This document shows positions 20,074 to 31,218 of a stretch of DNA of 61,309 nt, piece by piece. The stretch's first letter is position 1; every line of letters begins with the position of its first letter. The DNA is taken from IMG/VR virus record IMGVR_UViG_3300025154_000095, positions 1 through 61,309 of that record; one strand, written 5' to 3'. Under the pieces are notes generated by a model. The model was not told the DNA's origin, ran no database searches, and saw only the letters and a list, made by a program, of their open reading frames with translations. The translations under genes were made by a program, and so were the position numbers. The stretch is from a virus. Taxonomy: Duplodnaviria > Caudoviricetes.

Positions 20074-21176
20074 ACCTGCTCATCTCCCACTATAAACGCC
20101 GTCACTATGTCTACCGTGTTGTCGCCTGATTTCGAATAATTAATATCATAGCCGTTAATCCTGCAGTCGAAAGTATAGCCCAAATAAGTGGCTAACACCC
20201 TGTCACCATAATTCCAATCGCGCCCGTATTTCAGTCCCTTTGTTTGTGCTATCTGTCCGGTAAGCGTGATCTTGCCCTTATTTTTGTTCAGTAATTCCCG
20301 CGCTTCGTTATTCAATCCGGCCTCTGTTGTCACCTGAAAATTCTGTGAGACAACTTCGCGCCGGGACCATACACTGTCATTGATACTTGTACTGGTAGCC
20401 GTCCCCACTAATCGCGCCGTCCCCTCGCCTTTGCCCCCTACATAAGCAGCGGTTTTCTCATTGATATAATTAAACGACAACACGGGGTTATTCAGCGTGT
20501 TTGCTTCGACTGAAAGGGTAATTGACTCCCTCAGGTCATTGCCGCGCTGGTTGGTAAACGTCTTGAATGTGAAAGGTAACGAACCATCATAGACCGTATC
20601 AAATGTGATCCATGTCCCCTCATTGCGCGATTGATCCACAAGTGCTTGCACGGTAGATAATACCTGTTGTCTCGAAAACGCCTTTGTGACTGTACCCCCC
20701 GCCCCGTCGTCACCGTCAATTGTAAAATATGTCGCTGCCAGATTACGGGAAGTATCAACAGCGTCGCTCACAAAGTTTTCATCGATGATTTCCTTGATAA
20801 CATCACAAGCAACGCCGGATTTCGTCGCCTCACTTGACTCCGCGTCATACTCTACCTCACGACCGTCAATGATGTAATTCCCGTCCAGCCCGAACAGATA
20901 TATCATGTCTTTGCCGTCACTGTCCCTGAAGAAGTCCCAGCGTCTCAGGAAGTAAGCCGTCTCCCCGTCCAGGGTGATCGTACCATCGCCATTGTCGCGC
21001 CATATCTCAATCAGCATATCCTTGCTAAAATCGTTAGGCGTCAATATTTGCGGTATTGTAATCTCACAAGGCATCATTGCCCTGTCAGTTCTGCCAGCCC
21101 GCAAGCTGTTTACCTGGGTAAGGCGTTTGACCTCAAGTCCCTTGTCAGTTTTGATAACAATCTGATAACTATTCAT
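20070..21176 (-). CDS. Minor tail protein (ReqiPepy6 gp37-like hub)
   Basis: YVGGKGEGTAR, RRE and YGRDWNYGDRV motifs. Confidence 0.8.
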   Translation of the reverse strand: MNSYQIVIKTDKGLEVKRLTQVNSLRAGRTDRAMMPCEITIPQILTPNDFSKDMLIEIWRDNGDGTITLDGETAYFLRRWDFFRDSDGKDMIYLFGLDGNYIIDGREVEYDAESSEATKSGVACDVIKEIIDENFVSDAVDTSRNLAATYFTIDGDDGAGGTVTKAFSRQQVLSTVQALVDQSRNEGTWITFDTVYDGSLPFTFKTFTNQRGNDLRESITLSVEANTLNNPVLSFNYINEKTAAYVGGKGEGTARLVGTATSTSINDSVWSRREVVSQNFQVTTEAGLNNEARELLNKNKGKITLTGQIAQTKGLKYGRDWNYGDRVLATYLGYTFDCRINGYDINYSKSGDNTVDIVTAFIVGDEQV

Positions 21177-23601
21177 ATTGAGCCGCGTCCAATCCGTGCA
21201 AGCGTGTTTTGTATTTTATCGTTCCAGTTGCGCTTGCATCTGTACCCGTCATCAATACCGCTATTCTGTTGTCGCCTGGTATCAGTGGGAAGTCCAGATT
21301 GCTACCCTTGACCAAGTAGCCTTTGACATTGCCCCTGAAATTAGATGTCATGGTAAGTTTGTCGGGTCGTAAGTCCATTGTAATTACTTCGCCTGAAAGT
21401 AGAGTGAGACTGTTGAAAAAGAACGCCTTCCCCGTATTGTAATTGCGCACCTGTTGCAATGCCCCTACGCCTGTAAATTCAAGCACCGGGTAGGATGTCG
21501 CTGATGGATTATTGACGGTTGTTTCACCTGATACTTCCGCGTCGCCTGATGTATCATAACCAAAATATATGTTTTGTTGTTCGTCAAAAAACAGACTGCG
21601 AACTGTTGCAATTCCAGGTAAATTTATATCTAATGGTGCATAAATACCATTGCCGTAATATTTAGCAACTCTGTCTGCTATTGTAACACCACCAGCAGAT
21701 GTGAAAGCACCAGATAAATAAAATAACCCATTCTTTCCAAAAATATAATAAATTGAACCATTAACACCACTACCAAGTGATTCCCATTTTTGACCATTCC
21801 ACCGCCCCCAATATGTAACAGATACACCACCCAATGATGTTACATCACCACCCACATACACATTATTTTTATCATCAACAAAAACAGCTTCTAATAACGC
21901 ATTTGATCCAGTTCCTAAACTTTCCCATGCTGATCCTGTCCACTTTACAACATAATCACCATTAGCATCACCAGCATTAAGAAAAACACCGACAATATAT
22001 AAATTATCGTCACTATCAAATGCTATTTCTGATACAATACCACCAAGTCCAGTTGAAAGCGGAGTCCAAACAGAACCATCCCACTTTGCTATTCTTACAG
22101 TATTAGCAACACCGCCAGCAAGTGTGAAATTTCCCCCTGCATACAGATTACCGTTAGAGTCAATTTTTATAGTATGACAATTTCCGTTAAGTCCAGTTCC
22201 TAAACTAGATAAAGCAGAGCCATCCCATTTAACAATATAATCGCCGTTAGCATCACCCCAATCAGTAAACAAACCGCATATATAAAGATTACCAGCAGCA
22301 TCAAATTTCAAATCATAAATTGCACCATTACAACCGGCAACAACACTAACCCAAGCAGAACCATTCCATTTTGCCAGATAATCAGCATTAGCATCACCGC
22401 CGATGTTTACACCTAAACCACCGATATATATTTCTTTTGTAATTGGATGCTGTACTATTGCCCTGATTGAACCAGTCACCCCTGCCATGCTATGCCATAT
22501 ACCGTCCCTATCTTGATAAACAATGTAATCAGCATCTGCGAGTTCAGCGTTCAATTCCAACTCTGCCCCTGTGTCACCATCAACCTCAAGAGCGGTATCG
22601 GATAACCGGAATGTAATATCCGCGAAGTGGGCAAATCGCATTTGTGGAGAGGTATCAAGTCCGCTGATATACTGACACTTTATATCCACCGGCTCGCTTG
22701 CCAGCTTGCCTGCGTCTGTATAGCCCTGATAGCGTAAAACTAACGGTTGCGGGTAGCCTGTCACATCCGGCTTGATAAGGTCTAGCAATGCCTTGCGTTT
22801 TGCCTGAATATCACCAATGTGTGAGCCTTCAAATACTACCTTCAAAGTAAAGTATCTTGATGTGTAATTGGAATATAGGTAGGTTTCGCCGCCTCCTGTC
22901 AGTGGCACTGCCACATGGTCAATGGGTGCTACGCCTAAGCCCTCCAATAAGATATTTTTACAATACGAAGATATATCGATCAAGTCCCCGCCCGCGCGTG
23001 TGTTAGCAGTACGATAGCTTATACTTGCATGAGCCTGTCCGCCCCAGTAGTATTCAAGCACATTCCCGGTATTGATATTGCCTTCCAGATCCCCGTCGAT
23101 GTAGGTCGTGGCAGCGGTTCCTGTTTCAATCTGTACGCCGTCCACGTAAATAAATACGCCAGCCGTCCCATTTGTACCCGTTTCGGATAATGTCAATGTG
23201 CCTGCTAAGTCACCGCCAACAGGTGTGATGTAAGCGCTTATCCGTTGCCAGTGGTCTCTAATTGTCATGTCAGGCTTGCCAGCGGTCACGGTCGCGCCAA
23301 CATAATCAGTCCAGGTAAGTGTCAATTCTGTACCATCATAAGCGGTCGGAATGTAAATATCCATCGTGCCAACATAAGCAACGGCTGTTAGTGTGGCTGC
23401 GTAGGATAGCATCAAATCGTTATTGCCATAGGTGCACACTCACGAGTACACGCCGCGCCTTGTCTGTGTCGCTGATAATGCGATGGTGTTGGTACCGCCT
23501 GTAGTATAACCGGTCGTGTCAACCTCAAAGCTCGGGTTCGTACAAAGGTTTGTTGTCGCCTTCGGTCTGATTGCAAAAAGTTTATAATTGGTTAGTGTCA
23601 T
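21169..23601 (-). CDS. Evolved distal tail protein (CBM plus beta-propeller insert), interrupted by in-frame TGA at 23440-23442
   Basis: ATG 23601 overlaps the TMP stop and is in frame with the 756-aa ORF; N-terminal TNLCTNPSFE; WDGS.W..LG.G repeats; LIPGDN C-terminus. Confidence 0.75.
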
Positions 23602-25409
23602 AGTGTTGCCATCCCTTTAGCTCGCTGTATGCTGAATGGTATCGCGTCCGCTCCATGGGCTATGTAGTTATTGATTTGTTCAATGACCAATGATTTGTTA
23701 GGCCCACCAGAATCATCACCACTTATAGCCATATTAGCCGGTACAAATCCAGTAGTATCAAATTCTAATTGCGCCTTGAATTTTGGAAGATCACCCATAC
23801 TTAGTCGTTTCATTGCATCGGATATACCGCGTAATCCCATTTCAAACGGGGTTGGTGATCCAGGAGTAAGCCAATCAGGGAGCTTGATATTTTTTATCTT
23901 ATCGGTTAAGTCGCCTATCCATCCAGTCACAGATTCAATAGCTTTGCTAATCCCCTCGAATGCCTTTTTTAGTTTGTCATCCAAGAATGTAGCAACGTCT
24001 TTTATAGCAGGCATAACCTTATCATTAAACCATTCAACCAGTTTTTTAATAATCGGGTTTAGTTTATCTTTTAAAAATTTCCACACAACACTTAAAGCCG
24101 GTTGCAAAACATAAACTAAACGCCCGGCAAGTACGGTTATTGCAAGTCCAAATACAGCTCCGAAAAATTCTACAATGGACTCAAAAAACGGGAATAGAAC
24201 CGTACTCATCCAAGTCCATACATTTTGAATAGCGGGAAGTAACACGGTTTCCCATGCGTTTTTTAGCCACGCCAGAGCAATCGGAATTTTTTCATCAAGC
24301 CAGGCTTTCACGGTTGTAAATACACCGACAATCCAATCAGTTACTACCTGTGTTTTTTCCCGAATACCACCCCAATTATTATTCCAGGCAAGTGCAAGCA
24401 GAGCAATGACCGCGATTACAGCAGCGATAATCAGCAATAGCGGCCCGACTGCAATACCGATTGCCAATGATACGGTTGAAAACACAGTGGATAGAGTACC
24501 AACCACGCTAATTACACCACCAATAATTGTAATCAGTGGTCCCAAAGCTGCGACAATACCAAGCACTACCAGGATCGTTTTTTGTTGTTCAGGGGTCAGA
24601 TTCGAGAACCTATCCATTAAACTGCTTATTGCCGTAACAAGTTTTAAGGCTATCGGTAGCAATTGTGTACCAATAGCAGCCGCCTGATTCTGGAAATCAG
24701 CCTTGAGTATCTTCGTACTATTAGCCAACCCGTCCGAGGTATTCTTGAAATCCCCTGCAAATTGTTCTGTCTGTTCGTAAATCAAGGCAAGCGCGGCCTG
24801 TGCTTTGGCATTATCATCAACCTTGCCTTCAGCATCACCAAGTCCCATGGCAAGCGCTTTAGCTTCAATTCCTGCGGCATTCATCTTTACACCAAATTGT
24901 TCTAACGGATTGAATTCACCCTTCAAGCCGGATTGAATAGCACTCATTGCGGTTGATACGTCTGTGTTAAAAATACTCGCCATGTCTGAGGCACGCTCCC
25001 CAAGATTGATAGTCTCGTTAGCAGCCCCTTCCATGTCAAAGCCTACGTTCTTTAGGAATGCTCCTGTCACAGCAGATAATTGATTAAAATCAGCAGAACT
25101 CATACCAACCATTTGGGCGGATTGATCGGAGTAATCCTGTATGATTCCAGCGGCATCACCAAAGACAACATTGACGGCATTAGCAGACTCTTCTAAGTCT
25201 GAAGCCCACTTAACGGCGGCAGTCCCTGCTCCAATAATGGGGACGGTTACACCGGCGGTCATTGTAGCACCGACTTTCATCATGTCTTTGCCGATCTTGC
25301 CCATTTTGGTCTGGAATTCTGAAGCCTTTTTATCGGCATTGGCTAGGTTGCTGTCATAGTCCTTGCTGTCAAGCGTTAATTTTGCCGCTATCGTTGCTGC
25401 TGTGGTCAT
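23598..25409 (-). CDS. Tape measure protein
   Basis: Ala/Gly-rich with W/F periodic repeats; follows the tail chaperones. Confidence 0.9.
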   Translation of the reverse strand: MTTAATIAAKLTLDSKDYDSNLANADKKASEFQTKMGKIGKDMMKVGATMTAGVTVPIIGAGTAAVKWASDLEESANAVNVVFGDAAGIIQDYSDQSAQMVGMSSADFNQLSAVTGAFLKNVGFDMEGAANETINLGERASDMASIFNTDVSTAMSAIQSGLKGEFNPLEQFGVKMNAAGIEAKALAMGLGDAEGKVDDNAKAQAALALIYEQTEQFAGDFKNTSDGLANSTKILKADFQNQAAAIGTQLLPIALKLVTAISSLMDRFSNLTPEQQKTILVVLGIVAALGPLITIIGGVISVVGTLSTVFSTVSLAIGIAVGPLLLIIAAVIAVIALLALAWNNNWGGIREKTQVVTDWIVGVFTTVKAWLDEKIPIALAWLKNAWETVLLPAIQNVWTWMSTVLFPFFESIVEFFGAVFGLAITVLAGRLVYVLQPALSVVWKFLKDKLNPIIKKLVEWFNDKVMPAIKDVATFLDDKLKKAFEGISKAIESVTGWIGDLTDKIKNIKLPDWLTPGSPTPFEMGLRGISDAMKRLSMGDLPKFKAQLEFDTTGFVPANMAISGDDSGGPNKSLVIEQINNYIAHGADAIPFSIQRAKGMATL

Positions 25410-25416
25410 ACGTCAC

Positions 25417-26225
25417 CTACTTCTTACGTTTATCAATTATGTTCCCACCGAAAACAGACTGCATTTGTCGCAAGTAGAATTCACGCTGTTGTTCAGGGGT
25501 CATTGTTTCCAACTCTGCCTCTAACCGCGCTTTTTCCTCTGCATTCTTCTTTTGTGCAATCAGTTCTTTGCTAACAAGTTTTGTCATGTTTCGCATGTAG
25601 ACGTCCGGCTTTTTCTGCTTATTCTTGGGGGCGTTGATGTTATGTAGCATTGTTAGTATCATTGCAGTTCGATATTCCCGATCCTCAAAGCCCCAAGGTT
25701 CGACAAGGTTGAATAATTGCCACGATCTATACTCAGGCGCTGGTAATGCTCTGATCTCTCCGACGGTCTTACCGAGTGCCAACCCTAATCGGTGATCAAA
25801 CATCCGATTAGGGTCGGTTGTTAGTTTTTTAGCTCTTCCAATACTTCCAAATCTTCTGTCATGTCGCTAAACTTCACAATCTCGGCAGCGATGAACCCGA
25901 TAGCGGTTCCCAGTTTTTCTTCAAGTTTTCCAATGTCGTTCCTGGTAAACAATTTCTTCCCAGCCTCGTCACAGATTCCACACGCACACAGAAAGGCATC
26001 ATGGCCGTAAATGTTCACGGCTGATATTTCCTGATTCTGCGCGCGCTTGTCCTGCTTCATTTTTGTAGATCCGTACATCCGTCTGAGATATTCGTCTTGT
26101 TCTCCACGTGTTAATTGTTTGATGTACAAACTTGGGTCTTTCACCTTGTTTTTCCATGCTGGAACTTCAATCAGTTTTACTTGAATGTCATCAATATTAA
26201 GTATTTCATCCCTCGATAGTGGCAT
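25417..26225 (-). CDS. Tail assembly chaperones G/GT with programmed -1 frameshift
   Basis: G = 25821-26225; slippery A AAA AAC at 25824-25830; the -1 frame reads open into 25417-25803. Confidence 0.85.
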
Positions 26226-26238
26226 ATTATCTCCTCTT

Positions 26239-26673
26239 TTACAGTCCGCTGATTGCGCCTGATACCTTGATTGTGATTGAAATTGCTCCGGCGTCTTCAA
26301 GTGGTAAATCAGGCTCAAAATTGGTTACATGTCCGGTAAACGCGATAGTCAACCCGATAGCTGTCGGTAATACGATCTGCCAGTTGTGATTGTCGTCATC
26401 TTCAAACACAGATAATACCCCGGTCGCGCCATCATGGGTTGCATTAGTGGGTAGCCAGTTACCTTCAAAGCTAACCTCTCCGGCGTCTTTCCAACCCGGA
26501 ATGAATTCACGCCAACCATTAGAGCTATCCTGAGATGTAACCTCGATTGAGTCCTTGCTCATTTGTGGGGGGGTGATGTCTTTTACTTCTGCGATTGCTG
26601 TAAACGATTCGCTAGTAGCACCGTCCCCAAGTTTTAATTGAGTACCAAAAGGCCAAAATGCTGAGCTTGTCAT
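26239..26673 (-). CDS. Major tail tube protein
   Basis: AIAEVKDITPP...IEVT...WREFIPG.KD.GEVSF pattern. Confidence 0.85.
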   Translation of the reverse strand: MTSSAFWPFGTQLKLGDGATSESFTAIAEVKDITPPQMSKDSIEVTSQDSSNGWREFIPGWKDAGEVSFEGNWLPTNATHDGATGVLSVFEDDDNHNWQIVLPTAIGLTIAFTGHVTNFEPDLPLEDAGAISITIKVSGAISGL

Positions 26674-26688
26674 AGTTCGTCTCCTTTC

Positions 26689-27054
26689 TTAGGGTAAGCG
26701 TAATACTGCTAATTTAATTGCACTGTTATTGACATTGACGTGAATAACACCGCCTGTCTGTTTCCAGCCTTTTTCATTGGTCATACCAACGGTAAAAGCC
26801 GCACGATCACCCGCTGCCATGGAATAGGATGTAATATCACCCTCGCGGTTCTTTTCGTCTGCCACACTGTCAATGGTGACGGTGTAAGCCGCTGTACCAT
26901 CGTTATGTGCAATCAATAATTCTTTGCCGGTTGCGACAAATGAATTACCGTCCCCAGTCCCATCTCCGGCTGCTAAAGTAAAATCAGCGCCTCCGGCGGT
27001 TATTACCTGGAACGGGGTTTTTAGTGTTTGTACTGTTAATGCTGTTCTTGCCAT
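26689..27054 (-). CDS. Virion structural protein (hypothetical)
   Basis: Position and composition. Confidence 0.55.
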   Translation of the reverse strand: MARTALTVQTLKTPFQVITAGGADFTLAAGDGTGDGNSFVATGKELLIAHNDGTAAYTVTIDSVADEKNREGDITSYSMAAGDRAAFTVGMTNEKGWKQTGGVIHVNVNNSAIKLAVLRLP

Positions 27055-27269
27055 TGTTTGCTCCTTCTTTTATTTCCTTTATTTTGATTGGTTTAGTTTC
27101 AACCTGTTTTTTTTCTAACATTTTTGTTAAGATTTGTTCCTGTTTATTATCCGGCTCGTGTTTCAATACGTGTAATATCATTTCGTCTTCTATATCTTCA
27201 TTTCTACCGCACACCTCGCACACATAAACCGGTATTACATTTTTCCACATTATCATCTTGTATCTGTCT

Positions 27270-27659
27270 TTAGCTACTTGTGCCAATACGCACCTCCAAA
27301 ATCTCGCGCGGTTTGTCTGTGTCTGTATTCCATTGCGGTCTTACGTCGTTCACAAACACAAAACCTGCGTTGATGTCTCCAATTGCCCCGCTGTACCCGC
27401 TCAGAGCATCTTTTATCGCGTCCCTTGCTGTAATGCAATCAACCACACTGTCATCGAAAATGTCAATCTGCAATAACGCCCGTCGTGTTGGTTTGTTGTC
27501 CATAGTGTAGGCGTGCGGCTCTACAATGCTTGTGATCCTCGCATGTGGCAAGGCTGCCCCTGGTGGAATGTGGTCAACATAGATCCGCGTGCTGAAAATA
27601 GCGGTCACGGCGGTTTGTGCTACCAGAAAGGTTCTCAGATTCGTTTTTATTTCGGCCAT
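27270..27659 (-). CDS. Tail completion/terminator protein (DUF3168-like)
   Basis: RIY...P....P, QIDIF, AL.GY.G. Confidence 0.75.
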   Translation of the reverse strand: MAEIKTNLRTFLVAQTAVTAIFSTRIYVDHIPPGAALPHARITSIVEPHAYTMDNKPTRRALLQIDIFDDSVVDCITARDAIKDALSGYSGAIGDINAGFVFVNDVRPQWNTDTDKPREILEVRIGTSS

Positions 27660-28030
27660 CGTGTCTCCACTAATACCTTAAATGCTGCGTTGATAGGTCG
27701 TGTGATGTTTGCCTCGTTGCCTTCAATCGACGGTCTGATAAACGGCTGTATTGGATAGTTCGGCATGTCTTTTCTTCCATACTCAATGTTAGGTGCATAG
27801 TTTGTTTCCGGCCCGACTTCATCCTCAACCCTTGTTTTCGATGATTCAATAATGTGAGACTTGATCGAATCCTTAGTAGCTGCCGTGTCTACTGGTACAA
27901 GTTGCCTTTGCCTGTTGACAATCACATAACTACCAGCCCCGACAAGATTAATCATATCGCTTTCGGATAACTCGATCTTTTTCAGGGCATTTTGTAGTCC
28001 GCTAATATCAACCTTCATAGATATGCTCAT
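27647..28030 (-). CDS. HK97 gp10-like neck protein
   Basis: PVDT...SI, YA..IEYG, QPFIRP. Confidence 0.85.
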   Translation of the reverse strand: MSISMKVDISGLQNALKKIELSESDMINLVGAGSYVIVNRQRQLVPVDTAATKDSIKSHIIESSKTRVEDEVGPETNYAPNIEYGRKDMPNYPIQPFIRPSIEGNEANITRPINAAFKVLVETRWPK

Positions 28031-28410
28031 ACGTCCGCCTTTTTCAATGCCACTACAAAGCCCATTGGCGTTCTGTCTCGAATACCGACAACCTCGAATG
28101 TAACATCTGTGTAACCAGTGCCTTCGAAACGACCCGTAACCTTGAACCGGTCTCCATAAGCCGGAGTAGCGTCTATGAACCGAGCCTCTGCGTTTATAAT
28201 CGCAATATCGGCATAGTCTTTCCAGGCTTCAAGGTTAGGTTTGTCGGTAAAACTACAATCAACGGTCGTAGAAGTATCTGTGGTAATTGGTTGCCCTGCG
28301 GCATCTACAGTACTACTAGTCGGATGTAGTAAGACCCCTGTGTCAGTGTACATGTATTGTTCTGTCAGGCGTTGTAATTGAGCGGTAAGGCGTGCGTTAG
28401 GTAATCTCAT
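28027..28410 (-). CDS. Head closure protein (putative)
   Basis: Synteny; GDRF.V motif. Confidence 0.55.
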   Translation of the reverse strand: MRLPNARLTAQLQRLTEQYMYTDTGVLLHPTSSTVDAAGQPITTDTSTTVDCSFTDKPNLEAWKDYADIAIINAEARFIDATPAYGDRFKVTGRFEGTGYTDVTFEVVGIRDRTPMGFVVALKKADV

Positions 28411-28787
28411 GCTGGTGATCCATCGTAAACACTATCATCTGAGTCCTGATAACTATCTGCCCTGTAAGGAAGGGAAATCGTTGATGTAGGTGTAATCTTG
28501 GTGAGTCGGATTCCAAATTCCTGCGCTTTTTGCTTCAATAGTTTTTCGTAACCCGCGCGCGCTTCTTTGTTGCTGACTTGCATCCAGTCAAGACGAAAAT
28601 CAGGCTGTGAAAGTTGCGTTATGATGTATTGGATTGACCTGACAACCGCTTCCCCTACCGAGTAAGTAGTTACCAGATAGTTGATCGTTTCGTCTGCCAG
28701 AAATGCACCGTCCTCGTTTGTGTCACCGACGTGAAACCTTACCAGGCTAATATCAGTGCTGAGTGCGGCGTTGTATGAAAATGTCAT
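28407..28787 (-). CDS. Head-tail adaptor (putative)
   Basis: VRF.VGDT......DE.I motif; synteny. Confidence 0.65.
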   Translation of the reverse strand: MTFSYNAALSTDISLVRFHVGDTNEDGAFLADETINYLVTTYSVGEAVVRSIQYIITQLSQPDFRLDWMQVSNKEARAGYEKLLKQKAQEFGIRLTKITPTSTISLPYRADSYQDSDDSVYDGSPA

Positions 28788-29540
28788 TTATCCTCCTATG
28801 TCATAACGCAAACTAAAACCAGCCTCAATCATCTGATTGGTTGCTGATACCGCTGCCGCTGCACATTCTACGATTGAACCTGATTTCAAATACTGTGGTA
28901 TCTGATAGGTAAAATCAATCGGGCTAAATTCGCCCAAACTTGCCCTGAATTTGACCGAGATAGGGTTCAAAGCCCCTGCCCCTGTCATCCAGATCATGTT
29001 AGCGGTTGCGTCAACGGCTGGACTTGTAATGTAGGCGTAAAGCTCCAATAACCAAGCCCCGTGAATATAAATCCCGTCCCTCGTAAAGTGCGGAATTGTC
29101 ATCACTGCCATTTCGGTATTGTTCGTTCCGGCAAGGATATGAGCGATTACAGTAGCCCCATGTTTTACAATCAGGTTACCGGCATTCACGCCACCGGTAC
29201 CAGCGGTTACAACATACATCCTGTATATAAAGCTGTACTCATTGGAAAGTGTCACGGGGGTTGTACCATTTAAGGTTACGGTCTCGGTTGTTACTTTCCC
29301 ACCCGTAATGCCTCGAATAGTAGTTTGTACCAATCCCTCGACGTAAACAGTTCTGGCACCTGTACCGGCAGCGGCATCATTAGCACTTGAACTTTCTATA
29401 GTCGTAGCTGCATTAGCCGCAACCGAAGCCCAAGGGAAAGCACCACCAGCTGTCCAGATTGTTTCAGCACCGTCAACATCGGGATTGTACCCGTATTTGA
29501 CCATCCCATAATCAGTGGACTTTATAAACAGTTCCTGCAT
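28788..29540 (-). CDS. Virion-associated hypothetical protein
   Basis: KYGYNPDVD...S.ND...GTGARTV...GL motif; lies in the head module. Confidence 0.55.
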   Translation of the reverse strand: MQELFIKSTDYGMVKYGYNPDVDGAETIWTAGGAFPWASVAANAATTIESSSANDAAAGTGARTVYVEGLVQTTIRGITGGKVTTETVTLNGTTPVTLSNEYSFIYRMYVVTAGTGGVNAGNLIVKHGATVIAHILAGTNNTEMAVMTIPHFTRDGIYIHGAWLLELYAYITSPAVDATANMIWMTGAGALNPISVKFRASLGEFSPIDFTYQIPQYLKSGSIVECAAAAVSATNQMIEAGFSLRYDIGG

Positions 29541-29542
29541 CG

Positions 29543-29926
29543 TTAATCGATTGACCTTACAAACACAGTTAACACAGTGTCGGTCGTTGTCTGATTGGTC
29601 GCGCTTGCGGCTGTACCAGCTCTTACTTTGATGTATTCCAAGCCGTAGAAATAAGCCAGATTGGTAACCTTTATAATCCGACTGGCTGAAGCCGGGAAGT
29701 TAATCTCCGTCCCTGCCTCATCATACAGATTGTAGAAAGTCGTACCATCTAAGCTGCCTTGAAAAGTGATCGCTGTACCGTCAAATTCAGCAGGCACAAC
29801 GATTGTAACCGGCACAAGATAACTGATTGCAACGGCACCCGAAAGACTGGCACCGCTCGCAATTGTCGCGGATAAGCCCTCTGTCAATATCTCTCTAGCC
29901 GGCTTTGGTCTTACTGTTTGTGCCAT
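29543..29926 (-). CDS. Virion-associated hypothetical protein
   Basis: ITFQGS.DGTTF motif. Confidence 0.55.
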   Translation of the reverse strand: MAQTVRPKPAREILTEGLSATIASGASLSGAVAISYLVPVTIVVPAEFDGTAITFQGSLDGTTFYNLYDEAGTEINFPASASRIIKVTNLAYFYGLEYIKVRAGTAASATNQTTTDTVLTVFVRSID

Positions 29927-29951
29927 AATTCACCTATTACTTTCTGAATAG

Positions 29952-30632
29952 CTATTCTTCCAACAGCTTACTCAATAATTGAAGCGCTCCGTCCGCTGCG
30001 TTAGCGGTTCGGGTTGCCTCGTCTTTTTGTTTAGATAGTACATCGCGTATCTCGAATAGTTTAGCGGTAGGTGTCTTGTCTTCAATGCCATAGAGTTTAT
30101 GGTTAAATAATTGATCTGAACAATTGACATTCAACTCAATATCACAACCAGCGGCAAAGCCTACCCAGAAGGCAAAATCTGCACGCTGCTTGTTATATGG
30201 ACTGTCAGGCCAAAGCTCCACCCCATAAATATCTATTACCTCGTAACCAGCATATATCCCTAACGCAATTGCGTAAACGGTTGTACAATTCAAATTCTTG
30301 AACGCCTTCCCGTTCGTCTTTGCCTTGCTCAACATTCCCAAAACCCCGTCAAGCGGGAATTCTATGGATGTTGGTACTTTTGGATCTGCGAAAGGGTACA
30401 TATACACCGGGATTGTCGTCTTTTGTAATGCGTCCCAATAGCCTGGGGAGCGTGGATGATTGCGGTATATTTCCATACCGTGAATTTCGATGATCGCATC
30501 ACAACGTTTCAACCAGTCCGCTAACAACCAATCCGAAAATGACCAGATGTCATATTCAGGATCGTTATAAGGTGCGTTCCCTCTGGTGTGAGGTTCTGCT
30601 CCAACTATTGCGAGTTTACGTTTTTGTGTCAT
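29952..30632 (-). CDS. Hypothetical enzyme (Rossmann-like, possibly glycosyltransferase-related)
   Basis: KLAIVGA start; ALGIY.GY..I.IYGV motif. Confidence 0.4.
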   Translation of the reverse strand: MTQKRKLAIVGAEPHTRGNAPYNDPEYDIWSFSDWLLADWLKRCDAIIEIHGMEIYRNHPRSPGYWDALQKTTIPVYMYPFADPKVPTSIEFPLDGVLGMLSKAKTNGKAFKNLNCTTVYAIALGIYAGYEVIDIYGVELWPDSPYNKQRADFAFWVGFAAGCDIELNVNCSDQLFNHKLYGIEDKTPTAKLFEIRDVLSKQKDEATRTANAADGALQLLSKLLEE

Positions 30633-30652
30633 ACCTATCCCGTGGATATATC

Positions 30653-31075
30653 TTAACCCAAAGTAGATGAACTAACGACAACATGCCATGAAGAACCATC
30701 GCTAATTAAAATAGCGTATTCTGCCTTGGCGTTAAACGTAAGTGTAGAATAACCTATCAGATTAGCAGGTGTGACAACTGCGTCTATTGTGGCTGTACCA
30801 TCATTGTATTTGATGACTTTCATTTGTCCGGCTGCACCGTTCGCCAAAGTATAGGCGGTCGCAGCCGTTCCATCACCACCAATAACGCTAAACAGCGTGG
30901 CTACTGAGAGAGCGGCATCTGCATTCAGTTCTTCAATGCCTCCGAACGCTAATCCGGTTAAATTGCCTGTCACATTACCAGTTACGTTTCCCGTAACATT
31001 GCCAGTTACCGCGCCTGTCACTGCCCCTGTAAATCCGGCGGTTGATACCACTGGTCCTGAAAAAGTAGTACTCAT
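30653..31075 (-). CDS. Head fibre-like protein with G(A/N)VT repeats
   Basis: GAVTGAVTGNVTGNVTGNVTGNLTG. Confidence 0.5.
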   Translation of the reverse strand: MSTTFSGPVVSTAGFTGAVTGAVTGNVTGNVTGNVTGNLTGLAFGGIEELNADAALSVATLFSVIGGDGTAATAYTLANGAAGQMKVIKYNDGTATIDAVVTPANLIGYSTLTFNAKAEYAILISDGSSWHVVVSSSTLG

Positions 31076-31218
31076 TTTGAATGTCCTTTCTAAGCACCCT
31101 CACGGGGTTTAGGCTCTCGCCATTAGCTCGCACACTTTGTTAGGCGTGTGTTACCGTACCCTGGGGGTTGATAAAGTTTAGGGGGCGGTTGTTACACCGC
31201 CCCATCATTGGTTGTTAT

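Noticed and set aside
21700-22420. AT-richer repetitive stretch as a foreign mobile insert
   Set aside because: Explained by in-frame beta-propeller repeats within the Dit gene
23440-23480. Genome-wide TGA recoding or selenocysteine insertion
   Set aside because: Many genes end in TGA with ATGA overlaps; only a weak hairpin follows and the context is not a redox site
25824-25830. Tail chaperone frameshift as a novelty
   Set aside because: Real, but the well-known lambda G/GT mechanism
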